From positions 1 through 56,980 of the IMG/VR virus record IMGVR_UViG_3300025632_000018: DNA of 56,980 bases; one strand, written 5' to 3'. Source of the stretch: a virus. The translations under genes were made by a program, and so were the position numbers. Below the pieces are notes generated by a model. The model ran no database searches and was not told where the DNA came from. It saw nothing but the letters and a program-made list of their open reading frames with translations. Numbering within the stretch: position 1 is the first letter of the stretch; the number at the start of each line of letters is the position of its first letter. Positions 1-8,427 of this stretch are shown here, piece after piece.

Positions 1-978
1 GCTAATTTTTCTAAACTTGATTTTAGTAATGATACTGCTGCAGTAACAACTAATATTTCTATTAGTCCTTCTTCATGGGTTTGGTATATTTCAGCAGCTA
101 GTGCTAAAGAATTTGGATTGAATGCTGTTGGTCCAGCACTTGTTGCAAATACTCCAGAACCAAGTTACCCGCCCACTGTATTTGGATATTTCCGTACCAA
201 TGCATCCAATGTTAATAGGTTTAATTTTGCAAATGATACCGCAGCAGGAGTTCATTTACCCAATAATCTTGCTCCAGGTACGGGAAATAAATCTATGGCC
301 TATAGTTCTGCAACTCACGCATATTTCTCTAGAGCTGATACTCAGAGAATTGATTATTCTAATGATACTGCGACTTATGTTACTGTTGGAGGAATGCCTA
401 CTGCCAGATATGAGGGAGCTGCTGTACAGAATCTGACTCACGGATATGTTCTTGGAGGTTTTGCTAGTAGTGTTTATAGACTAGATTTTGCGAATGATAC
501 TGCAACAATGTCTACGAGAGGCAATCTTGCTGCTACCAGGAGAGAGTTTGGTGCTGCAGGAAACTTGACTCATGCATATACCATGGGTAACGGAGATGCA
601 CAGAAGATAGATTATTCTAATGATACTGCAACTTCTGTATTCTTATCTCCTACTATTAGTGCTAGCACTAATACTTATGCAACTGGAAGTATCAGTCATG
701 GATATCTTGCGAGCAGTGGATCTATACAGAGATATGACTACTCGAATGATACTGCATCACCGAATAGTTACGTATCATTCTCATCCAGTTTGGGTAGCAA
801 TGGTGGTGCATCAGGCACCGCATCCTTTGGTTATTTTACTGGTAATGGTCCTCAATACCTTTCTAGACTAGATTTTGCAAATGATACCGTAACTCCAAAA
901 ACAAAAGGAAACCTTGCCAATGCCTCAAATCAATATGGAACGGGAACATCAACTACCGAGTTTGGTTTAAGAGGATAG
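1..978 (+). CDS. Repeat-rich (kelch/beta-propeller-like) putative virion protein, 5'-truncated by the window
   Basis: Frame 1 is open from base 1 (ANFSKLDFSNDTAA...), so the tracked TTG at 118 is not the start. Recurrent R(L/I)D(F/Y)xNDT repeats roughly every 45-50 aa. Confidence 0.55.
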   Translation, partial: ANFSKLDFSNDTAAVTTNISISPSSWVWYISAASAKEFGLNAVGPALVANTPEPSYPPTVFGYFRTNASNVNRFNFANDTAAGVHLPNNLAPGTGNKSMAYSSATHAYFSRADTQRIDYSNDTATYVTVGGMPTARYEGAAVQNLTHGYVLGGFASSVYRLDFANDTATMSTRGNLAATRREFGAAGNLTHAYTMGNGDAQKIDYSNDTATSVFLSPTISASTNTYATGSISHGYLASSGSIQRYDYSNDTASPNSYVSFSSSLGSNGGASGTASFGYFTGNGPQYLSRLDFANDTVTPKTKGNLANASNQYGTGTSTTEFGLRG

Positions 979-980
979 TA

Positions 981-989
981 TGCTATAAT
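981..989 (+). promoter_or_regulatory. Extended -10 promoter (TGCTATAAT)
   Basis: TGnTATAAT 18 nt upstream of the oxygenase ATG. Confidence 0.5.
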
Positions 990-1007
990 AAACAAAAGAT
1001 TGATTAT

Positions 1008-1670
1008 ATGATTGATAATCCACTGACACATATTTTGATCCGACCTAATGTAATTTCTCCTGAAGGTATTCGGGAGATGGTGGATCATATTAAACAATCA
1101 CCTTGTGAAGACCTATCTGTATTTGATTCGGAGACGACAAATAGAACAGGTGAGACATCATGGCAGGTTGATAAGAAGACAAGAGATACACAAATTGTTC
1201 CTATGGGAGATTTGTATCCCAAGATTATGGAACTTCTTCATCATGCCGTAAAAGAAGTTATCAATCCTTTCTATGGTATTGAGGTAACCAGTAGTGAAGT
1301 CCCACAGGTTCTATCTTATGGTATTGGTGGACACTATAAACCTCATATTGATGGGCAGAGTATCTGGGTCACACCAAGAGGTGAAAAGATTTGGAAGAAA
1401 TCTACGGATAGAGATATTTCTATGGTCTTTTATCTCAATGATGATTTTGAGGGTGGAGATTTTATTTTCCCAGAACATCATATTCGTGTAAGACCTGAAC
1501 CTGGTATGATGGTTTGCTTCCCTTCCAGTCATTATTATATGCACGGAGTAGAACCAGTGACAAGAGGAAAAAGATATAGTATAGTGTGTTGGGCTACGGT
1601 AAAAGGTCAACCAAGTATGGACGAAATTAATAATCAGTTATCTCAAGAGTATGGAGTTAAAGTAATTTAA
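1008..1670 (+). CDS. 2OG-Fe(II) oxygenase, prolyl-4-hydroxylase-like
   Basis: YKPHID (HxD), MVFYLNDDFEGG, HGVEPVTRGKRY (distal His and 2OG-binding Arg). Confidence 0.9.
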   Translation: MIDNPLTHILIRPNVISPEGIREMVDHIKQSPCEDLSVFDSETTNRTGETSWQVDKKTRDTQIVPMGDLYPKIMELLHHAVKEVINPFYGIEVTSSEVPQVLSYGIGGHYKPHIDGQSIWVTPRGEKIWKKSTDRDISMVFYLNDDFEGGDFIFPEHHIRVRPEPGMMVCFPSSHYYMHGVEPVTRGKRYSIVCWATVKGQPSMDEINNQLSQEYGVKVI

Positions 1671-1673
1671 ATT

Positions 1674-3083
1674 ATGGCAAACATTTTGGGAGTGCAATTC
1701 GGACATGATGGATCCGTCTGCCTTGTTAAGAATGGTAAGTTAGAGTTTGCCATTGGAACAGAAAGAATTACTGGTATTAAAAAGCAACAAGGATTTACAG
1801 ACGAGATTATAAATTATGCTTTGGACTCTTGTGGTTTAACAGTTGATGATATTGATTGTGTTGCCACCAATGATTTTAAGCAAGAATTTTTTGGTAATGA
1901 ATATCTTGTAGATAATTTTATTATTCAGGGTAGAGAGATTAAGTGTTATATTATTTCTCATCATCTGGCACACTGTGCCTCTGCATATTATACTAGTCCA
2001 TTTAATGAGGCACATTGTTTCAGTATGGATTGTAGTATGGGAAAGATAGAAGCAAATTCTCTGGTGGCATATGGTAAGGGGAAGAAACTTTTTGCCGAAT
2101 ATTGTCCCGGAGAAATGGTCGGAGTATTATATGGTGAAGTAACAGAGAAGTTAGGACTCGGACCTGCACTTCATAAGGCAGGAACAACAATGGGTCTCTC
2201 ATCATATGGGACACCATTTGATTTTGATTATCAATCTTATACTGATGATATCAAACATAAGATGAATGTGGCAGCATCCGTTCAGAATTTGTTTGAGAAT
2301 AAAGTATTGAGTGTCTTAAATGATATAGATCAGAACTCTAATAACCTTTGTCTCTCCGGAGGATCATTTTTAAATTGTAATGCTAACTCAGAGGTCGTAA
2401 GAAAATCTAAATTTAAACAGTTTCATCACTTTCCGGCATGTGGTGATGATGGAACAGCAGTTGGTTCTGCACTTTATGTGTCTCATCATATTCTTGGAGA
2501 GGCAAGGTATGATTACGAACCACAAGACATCTGTTATACCGGAAGAGATTATCCAAGTCAGACACCGGACTATAATCACATAGCAAGACAAATTGCCGAT
2601 GGTAAAATCATTGGTTGGTTTCAGGGCAAATCAGAGTTTGGTCCAAGAGCACTAGGTAATCGTTCTATTCTTGCAGACCCAAGAAACTTTCATAATCGTG
2701 ATCTCATCAATCATGTTGTGAAGAATAGAGAATGGTTCCGTCCTTTTGCTCCTGTTGTATTAGAAGAATGCTATCAAGATTGGTTTGACTTTCCTATACC
2801 TAGTCCTTATATGCTTTATACCGCACAGGTGAAGCAACCAGAAAAAGTTCCAGCCATAACTCATGTTGATGGGTCTGCCAGATTTCAGACAGTCACAGAG
2901 AAATCTAATAAGCACTACTATAATATTATTAAAGCATTTGGAGAACTAACTGGTGTGCCTGTTCTACTCAATACAAGTTTAAATGGGAACGGACAACCTA
3001 TATTAGAAACCGAAGAGGATGCACAAGAGTTTTACAAAAATTCTAAATTAGACATGATGATTATCAATGGTGCTATAATATAA
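1674..3083 (+). CDS. Carbamoyltransferase, CmcH/NodU family
   Basis: GHDGSVCL, HHLAHCASAYY, LSGGSFLN, GDDGTAVG, EFGPRALGNRSILADP, REWFRPFAP, LLNTSLN. Confidence 0.9.
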   Translation: MANILGVQFGHDGSVCLVKNGKLEFAIGTERITGIKKQQGFTDEIINYALDSCGLTVDDIDCVATNDFKQEFFGNEYLVDNFIIQGREIKCYIISHHLAHCASAYYTSPFNEAHCFSMDCSMGKIEANSLVAYGKGKKLFAEYCPGEMVGVLYGEVTEKLGLGPALHKAGTTMGLSSYGTPFDFDYQSYTDDIKHKMNVAASVQNLFENKVLSVLNDIDQNSNNLCLSGGSFLNCNANSEVVRKSKFKQFHHFPACGDDGTAVGSALYVSHHILGEARYDYEPQDICYTGRDYPSQTPDYNHIARQIADGKIIGWFQGKSEFGPRALGNRSILADPRNFHNRDLINHVVKNREWFRPFAPVVLEECYQDWFDFPIPSPYMLYTAQVKQPEKVPAITHVDGSARFQTVTEKSNKHYYNIIKAFGELTGVPVLLNTSLNGNGQPILETEEDAQEFYKNSKLDMMIINGAII

Positions 3084-3086
3084 ATA
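3071..3086 (+). promoter_or_regulatory. T4-type late promoter TATAAATA overlapping an extended -10
   Basis: TGCTATAAT at 3071-3079 and TATAAATA at 3079-3086, upstream of ATG 3109. Confidence 0.55.
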
Positions 3087-3108
3087 TTTGAAAGTTATCT
3101 CACAAAAA

Positions 3109-3495
3109 ATGGCAAAATATCTAAAGCATTATTGGAAGAATGGTGGGTCATGGCTTACCACATCAAATGTTGTGGGTCAGACACACCCAGAGTCAGACTA
3201 TGCCGGTCTTGGGGTAAAGATCTGGATGCACGACTCTGATGGTGTTGACGTATGTCTTTCTGAAGTTCCTGATAGCACTGCGATTTCTACGATCACCGTA
3301 GGTTCCAAGAATGCGGTTATTGAACTGACCGAAACTCAATTTAATTCTGTTAAAACTCCTCTTGATGAAGAATCAGTTCTTCGTCAGGCAGCAATGGAGG
3401 CAGAAATGAGTGGTGATACTGACACTGCAGCAACTAAGAATACTGCTGCAGATGCCAAAGCAACCGAAGCACAGAATGCACTGAATGCACTCTGA
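3109..3495 (+). CDS. Hypothetical protein (probably late)
   Basis: ORF; ATG 3109 is preferred over 3088 because it follows the late promoter. Confidence 0.7.
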   Translation: MAKYLKHYWKNGGSWLTTSNVVGQTHPESDYAGLGVKIWMHDSDGVDVCLSEVPDSTAISTITVGSKNAVIELTETQFNSVKTPLDEESVLRQAAMEAEMSGDTDTAATKNTAADAKATEAQNALNAL

Positions 3496-3496
3496 T

Positions 3497-3525
3497 TTGA
3501 CAATTTAATTTAAATATTTTATACT
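3497..3525 (+). promoter_or_regulatory. Sigma70-like promoter
   Basis: TTGACA-17 nt-TATACT. Confidence 0.65.
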
Positions 3526-3556
3526 AATAGGAGTTTAAACCTCCTATTTTCTTTTT
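3526..3556 (+). terminator. Probable intrinsic terminator
   Basis: AATAGGAG-tttaaac-CTCCTATT followed by a T-rich tract. Confidence 0.5.
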
Positions 3557-3557
3557 T

Positions 3558-3800
3558 ATGAACTTTACTGTATACACAAAAGAAAATTGTCCTCACTGTT
3601 ATAAGATTAAACAAGTATTGGAATTGACCGGAACAGATTTTGTATCTTATAAACTTGAAGAGGACTTTACAAGAGAGGAATTCTATGCTAAATTTGGTAA
3701 AGGTTCTACCTTTCCACAGGTAGTATGTGACAATAAAAAATTGGGAGGATGTGTTGACACAATCAAATTCCTCAGAGAACATCAAGTCATCAAGTCTTAA
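3558..3800 (+). CDS. nrdC: Glutaredoxin
   Basis: CPHC active site, TFPQV cis-Pro motif, LGGC; 80 aa. Confidence 0.85.
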   Translation: MNFTVYTKENCPHCYKIKQVLELTGTDFVSYKLEEDFTREEFYAKFGKGSTFPQVVCDNKKLGGCVDTIKFLREHQVIKS

Positions 3801-4005
3801 CATAAATAAAAATGAAGACCACAGAAATCGTGGTATTGAATTTTTACTTAATGGAGGAAAAAGAAAGCAGACACAACCATTTCATATTATCTTTGAAAAG
3901 ATGGTCTGCTTTCTGAGACGGGAAGTAACTATCTATTTCGAATTTTCTATTAGTACAAGAAAAAGAGAAGTAATCTCCCGGAGTAAGAAAAATGTTAGCA
4001 ACTAG
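3727..4005 (+). CDS. Small hypothetical protein, start uncertain
   Basis: Fills the gap after grx; the only ATG lies inside grx. Confidence 0.45.
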   Translation: MTIKNWEDVLTQSNSSENIKSSSLNINKNEDHRNRGIEFLLNGGKRKQTQPFHIIFEKMVCFLRREVTIYFEFSISTRKREVISRSKKNVSN

Positions 4006-4219
4006 TTTAGTATTTGGATCATTTTTGACTATTCTATTTCTCATGATGGGACTTTTAATTGGTTGGACTGCTAGAGAATACATGATGAACTATCGGGAGG
4101 CACCGAGATATCATCCCGAAATGTTTGATGAGCAAGGAAATCTTATTCCAGACGAAGTAATCGCATTTAATTTTGAAAACTATGACGACAGTAACGAAGA
4201 AGAAAACGACAACGACTAA
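3992..4219 (+). CDS. Small membrane protein
   Basis: N-terminal hydrophobic helix, acidic tail. Confidence 0.7.
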   Translation: MLATSLVFGSFLTILFLMMGLLIGWTAREYMMNYREAPRYHPEMFDEQGNLIPDEVIAFNFENYDDSNEEENDND

Positions 4220-4763
4220 GGCAGCATCATTAGAACTTCCAAGAAATCCATTTGTCTTTGAAGTTTTGGATCTTGTTTCCAAACAGAGAAGTAAGGCAAA
4301 GAAGATTGAAGTTCTGAAAAAGTATGAGCATATTTCTTTGAAGGCAGTATTCATTTGGAACTTTGATGAAAGTGTAATATCTGTTCTTCCTGCAGGAGAG
4401 GTTCCTTATTCTGGATTTGAGGATCAGGCATCATCAAATGGAACTTTGAGCACTAAAATTACTGAAGAAGTTCGTAGAATGCACGAAACCGATTCATTCT
4501 CAATGGGTTCGAGTGATAAGAACGGACACACTACAATTCGTAGAGAATTTAAAAACTTCTACCACTTTATTAAGGGTGGTAATGATAGTATGAATAGTGT
4601 TCGTCGTGAAACGATGTTCATTAACATTCTTGAGGGACTTCACCCACTAGAAGCAGATGTTGTCTGTCTATGTAAGGATAAAAAACTTTCTGAAAGATAT
4701 AAAATCACAAAGGAAATTGTGAGTGAAGCATATCCAGATATTACTTGGGGAAATCGTTCATAA
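4173..4763 (+). CDS. Conserved T4-like/cyanophage hypothetical protein
   Basis: RRETMFINILEGLHPLEA motif; start may be 4182. Confidence 0.75.
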   Translation: MKTMTTVTKKKTTTTKAASLELPRNPFVFEVLDLVSKQRSKAKKIEVLKKYEHISLKAVFIWNFDESVISVLPAGEVPYSGFEDQASSNGTLSTKITEEVRRMHETDSFSMGSSDKNGHTTIRREFKNFYHFIKGGNDSMNSVRRETMFINILEGLHPLEADVVCLCKDKKLSERYKITKEIVSEAYPDITWGNRS

Positions 4764-4765
4764 TT

Positions 4766-5125
4766 ATGGCAAATCAATTGGGAGATGCTCCTACTAAAAC
4801 AGAAGAGGAACAGTCTATGACTTCATGGACACCATCAGAAAAAGAAAATTCTAAATCCGTATATGGATGTGATATACTGATAGAGAATGGAACTTGGGAA
4901 CAAGTATCCACTAAAGATTGTCCTTATGATGCCATGATAATCACCTATGTGGTTGATGGGGAAACGAGATATGATTTGACTCGTAGTCAGAAAGAAGTTC
5001 GTATATTTAACATGTACTGGGATAAGTTCCGTGAGAATCTAAAGGGAATTGGTTTTGGTATGGGAAGAACCAATCCAAAACTATGGGGACTGGAACCACC
5101 ACCCCCAACCAAAAAACGAAAATAA
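4766..5125 (+). CDS. Hypothetical protein
   Basis: ORF after the previous stop; ATG 4766. Confidence 0.7.
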   Translation: MANQLGDAPTKTEEEQSMTSWTPSEKENSKSVYGCDILIENGTWEQVSTKDCPYDAMIITYVVDGETRYDLTRSQKEVRIFNMYWDKFRENLKGIGFGMGRTNPKLWGLEPPPPTKKRK

Positions 5126-5189
5126 TTCCAAAATATCGGCAAAAAAAATCCCGGCAATTTTTTGGTCTGTAGGGATTTTCAGAAACCTC

Positions 5190-5218
5190 TTGACTAAATA
5201 CAGTATAGGGTCTATAAT
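5190..5218 (+). promoter_or_regulatory. Sigma70-like promoter driving the riboswitch-like leader
   Basis: TTGACT-17 nt-TATAAT; predicted TSS near 5225, at the 5' end of the aptamer-like sequence. Confidence 0.75.
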
Positions 5219-5224
5219 GGACCT

Positions 5225-5452
5225 ATCGTTCATCAGAGGAGACTCTGACGCAAGTAAGTCGCGGAACGGAGCCGTTCATCCCATGATTGAATTTCTTTTA
5301 TATTCATCACTCACATGCCAACAAGCCGATAGTATTATGCTGAAGATGAAAGCAAACGAGAATCTCTCTGATGCTTTTAAGGTTGAGTTGGTAGAGACCG
5401 TAAAGGAATCTGTACCTGAGTGTATATGGGACGCAAACGACTAAAGGAACGG
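5225..5452 (+). ncRNA. Tandem glutamine-riboswitch-like RNA (glnA/Downstream-peptide type)
   Basis: Two units of CGTTCAT...GACGCAA...GGAACG. Unit 1 has hairpin TCAGAG-gaga-CTCTGA. Lies upstream of a DUF4278-like gene, the usual context of this motif class. Confidence 0.65.
5283..5444 (+). CDS. 53-aa protein nested in the riboswitch-like element
   Basis: MIEFLLYSSLTCQQADSIMLKM...PECIWDAND; not separately called by the ORF track. Confidence 0.6.
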   Translation: MIEFLLYSSLTCQQADSIMLKMKANENLSDAFKVELVETVKESVPECIWDAND

Positions 5453-5485
5453 ACCTAAAAATCCAACTACTTTAGGAGTAAACAA

Positions 5486-5653
5486 ATGAACACACTTCAA
5501 ATGATTAAAAAGCAGATCAACAAAGTATCTGCACTGCACGACGCACAGATCACTCACACCTCATATCGTGGTGTTGAGTATGATACTCGTTGTGTAAAAT
5601 CAAACGAAACACACGGTACATTCTGTTATCGTGGTCGTGTCTACAATAAGTGA
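5486..5653 (+). CDS. DUF4278-like small protein (55 aa)
   Basis: SD AGGAG; MNTLQMIKKQ...SYRGVEY...CYRGRVYNK with two YRG repeats; below the ORF-track cutoff. Confidence 0.7.
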   Translation: MNTLQMIKKQINKVSALHDAQITHTSYRGVEYDTRCVKSNETHGTFCYRGRVYNK

Positions 5654-5674
5654 GTCACTTACGTTAAAATTGTT

Positions 5675-5711
5675 AGGGGGGTTGCAAGACCCTCTTTTTT
5701 TATGCTATAAT
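5675..5711 (+). terminator. Terminator overlapping the next promoter
   Basis: AGGGGGGTT-GCAA-GACCCTCT plus T-run; TTGCAA and TGCTATAAT overlap it. Confidence 0.6.
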
Positions 5712-5732
5712 TAATTCAAATATCGCAGTATT

Positions 5733-5909
5733 ATGGAGAAAGAAAGGTTAAAACTAATTGTCCGAAATCTTGAATTGCTTGTTGATTCTCTAAAGGCAGA
5801 AGTTTATTCTGATGTTGATATACATACCACAAAGCAAGAAAATTTTGATAATCCATCTTCTGATTATATTTTAGATTACGACGAAGTTTTTGAGGACGAT
5901 GATGGATAA
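5733..5909 (+). CDS. Small acidic hypothetical protein (58 aa)
   Basis: MEKERLKLIVRNLELLVDSLKAEVYSD...; translated by hand. Confidence 0.7.
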   Translation: MEKERLKLIVRNLELLVDSLKAEVYSDVDIHTTKQENFDNPSSDYILDYDEVFEDDDG

Positions 5910-6081
5910 TCGCACTAAAATCAAAAAGGTTAAAGATCTTGCAAAACTATTTGAAAGATTAATAGCACAAGATCATCTTTATAGTGAAGAACGTATTGTA
6001 GAGATGAAAGAAGCACTCTCTTCAATAAAAGAACAAATTGTAAAAATGGAACAAAAGAATTACAAAGGATTTGGTAAATGA
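5902..6081 (+). CDS. Small coiled-coil hypothetical protein
   Basis: Overlaps both neighbours; ends in the KGFG motif typical of cyanophage small proteins. Confidence 0.65.
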   Translation: MDNRTKIKKVKDLAKLFERLIAQDHLYSEERIVEMKEALSSIKEQIVKMEQKNYKGFGK

Positions 6082-6713
6082 ACGTAAAACTGATTAGTGT
6101 TACTCCTGATGCAGAGAAAATGATGGGATATGTGGCACGAGTGTCAAATCCTTCTAATCAAGAGAATCCAAAGGTTGCTGGTCTTCTTAAGTATTGTGTA
6201 AAGCACCAACACTGGAGTGTCTTTGAGCAGTCATTCATGACTCTTGAGATTGAGACTACTAGAGGACTGGCAGCTCAAATCTTGCGTCATCGGAGTTTTA
6301 CATTCCAGGAGTTTTCGCAACGGTATGCAGATTCATCAATGCTTGCCGATACTATTCCTTTGTTTGATCTAAGAAGGCAAGATACAAAGAATCGTCAAAA
6401 TTCTATTGATGATATTAATCCACATACTCGTCAAAATTTTGAAATGAAGATTCAAAAGCACTTTGATGATGCTATGCAACTGTATCAAGAAATGCTTGCT
6501 GCTGGAATTGCAAAGGAATGTTCAAGATTTGTGCTTCCTTTGGCAGTACCAACCAGAATTTATATGAGTGGTTCATGTCGCTCATGGATTCATTATATTG
6601 ATTTGCGTTCTGCTCACGGAACTCAAAAAGAGCACATGGACATCGCAGAAGCATGTAAGAGTGTTTTTGTAGAACAGTTTCCAACAGTAGCAGAAGCTCT
6701 GGAATGGATCTAA
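6078..6713 (+). CDS. thyX: FAD-dependent thymidylate synthase
   Basis: HWSVFE, RHRSFTFQEFSQRY, LR...AHGTQKEH. Confidence 0.95.
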   Translation: MNVKLISVTPDAEKMMGYVARVSNPSNQENPKVAGLLKYCVKHQHWSVFEQSFMTLEIETTRGLAAQILRHRSFTFQEFSQRYADSSMLADTIPLFDLRRQDTKNRQNSIDDINPHTRQNFEMKIQKHFDDAMQLYQEMLAAGIAKECSRFVLPLAVPTRIYMSGSCRSWIHYIDLRSAHGTQKEHMDIAEACKSVFVEQFPTVAEALEWI

Positions 6714-6737
6714 ATATTTTTATACTGAATTGATAAA

Positions 6738-6986
6738 ATGGCAACGTATCCGATTATTAATAAAGAAACTGGTGAACAAAAGGAAATAGTTCTGAGTATT
6801 CATGAGTGGCCAAAATGGTGCGAAGATAATAGTGATTGGATTCGTGATTGGTCTGACCCATCTACCTGCCCTAGACCAGCAGAAGTTGGTGAATGGAGAG
6901 ATAAACTTGTGGCAAGAAATCCTGGATGGAATGAAGTTTTGAACAAGGCATCAAAAGCACCAGGTTCTAAAGTATCTAAAATCTAA
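6738..6986 (+). CDS. Conserved cyanophage hypothetical protein
   Basis: MATYPIINKETGEQKE; usual neighbour of phoH. Confidence 0.75.
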   Translation: MATYPIINKETGEQKEIVLSIHEWPKWCEDNSDWIRDWSDPSTCPRPAEVGEWRDKLVARNPGWNEVLNKASKAPGSKVSKI

Positions 6987-7747
6987 TGGCAAGAAGAAAA
7001 AGAGCATCTGCGAATGATCAACCCATTGGAGTTGGTCTTACAACAAAGCAGATGAAAAGAAAGAAACCATTAAGTTCTGGATACTTAGTGGATATAGACC
7101 CACTCAATGATAATCAAAAAAGATTGTTCAATTCTTATAAAGAAGGAAAGCATCTAGTCGCATATGGTTGTGCAGGAACAGGTAAGACCTTTATAACCCT
7201 CTTTAACGCACTTAAAGATGTATTGGACGAGAATACACCTTATGAGAGAATCTACCTTGTGAGGTCTCTTGTAGCAACTAGAGAGATTGGGTTTCTTCCC
7301 GGATCCCATGAAGACAAGGCAGACATTTATCAAATTCCATATAAGAACATGGTGAAGTATATGTTCCAAATGCCTTCTGATGCTGATTTTGAGATGTTGT
7401 ATGGCAATCTTAAATCACAGGAATCAATTAAATTCTGGAGCACATCATTCCTTCGTGGAACGACACTTGATAATGCGATTGTGATTGTCGATGAATTTCA
7501 GAACCTGAATTTTCATGAACTCGACAGTATTATCACTCGTGTTGGTGAAAATACACGAATTTGTTTCTGTGGTGATTCTCGACAGTCAGATTTAAATAAG
7601 GCAAATGAAAGGAATGGTATTGTTGACTTTATGAACATCTTGCGTAAAATGCCTTCTTTTGATATAATTGAGTTTGGAACTGACGATATTGTTCGATCTG
7701 GTCTAGTCAAAGAGTATATCGTAGCAAAAACAGAAGCAGGTTTTTAA
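6986..7747 (+). CDS. phoH: PhoH family ATPase
   Basis: GCAGTGKT Walker A, REIGFLPG, LRGTT, IVDEFQN, GDSRQSD. Confidence 0.95.
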   Translation: MARRKRASANDQPIGVGLTTKQMKRKKPLSSGYLVDIDPLNDNQKRLFNSYKEGKHLVAYGCAGTGKTFITLFNALKDVLDENTPYERIYLVRSLVATREIGFLPGSHEDKADIYQIPYKNMVKYMFQMPSDADFEMLYGNLKSQESIKFWSTSFLRGTTLDNAIVIVDEFQNLNFHELDSIITRVGENTRICFCGDSRQSDLNKANERNGIVDFMNILRKMPSFDIIEFGTDDIVRSGLVKEYIVAKTEAGF

Positions 7748-8427
7748 TGTTTAATCATGTTGATTTGAATCTTCCTCAACTTGAGAGGGAGACTATTGAT
7801 GGAGTCAGATACTATTCTGTTCCTGATGAAGAAGAACTCTTAAAACTAGTTTCTATCACTTCGGTGACGAGTCATTATAATAAGGAGACTTTTATAAAAT
7901 GGAGAAAAAGAGTTGGTGATGAGGAAGCAAATCGAGTCACAAAGGCGGCAACACGTCGTGGAACTGATTTTCATAGTCTCACTGAGTGTCACCTAAAGAA
8001 TGTAGAGTTACTAAAAGTTCCTCCTATTTCTGATTTTCTATTTAAAATTTCCAAGGGAACTTTAAAGAATATTGATAATATTCATGCTCTGGAAACTTCC
8101 CTATATAGTAAGCAGTTGGGTATTGCTGGAACCGTCGATTGTATTGCAGAATACGAGGGTGAATTAGCAATAATTGACTTTAAGACTTCTAAGAAACCGA
8201 AACCAAGAGATTGGATCGAAAACTATTTTGTACAATGTGCTGCATATGGATGTATGTTGTATGAAATGACTGGTATCCCGGTCAAAAAATTTGTAATCAT
8301 TATGGCTTGTGAAAATGGAGAATGTGTTGTCTACGAAGAACGAAACAAATCAAAGTACATCAAACTTCTTACCGAATATATTAGAAAGTTTGTTAGAGAT
8401 AAATTGGAACTCTATGGAACCGAATAA
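7747..8427 (+). CDS. PD-(D/E)XK exonuclease
   Basis: SITSVT, RGTDFH, AGTVDC, IIDFKTS, YFVQCAAY. Confidence 0.85.
   Translation: MFNHVDLNLPQLERETIDGVRYYSVPDEEELLKLVSITSVTSHYNKETFIKWRKRVGDEEANRVTKAATRRGTDFHSLTECHLKNVELLKVPPISDFLFKISKGTLKNIDNIHALETSLYSKQLGIAGTVDCIAEYEGELAIIDFKTSKKPKPRDWIENYFVQCAAYGCMLYEMTGIPVKKFVIIMACENGECVVYEERNKSKYIKLLTEYIRKFVRDKLELYGTE

Noticed and set aside
1-978. NDT repeats as N-glycosylation sequons
   Set aside because: They are better explained as a structural repeat motif; no glycosylation machinery is visible in the window.
5049-5282. 5' part of the tracked 131-aa ORF 5049-5444
   Set aside because: It overlaps the previous gene, a consensus promoter and the riboswitch-like RNA. 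The credible start is ATG 5283.
6078-7747. thyX and phoH (and cp12 at 43190) as novel findings
   Set aside because: These are well-known cyanophage auxiliary genes, so they are reported as features only.
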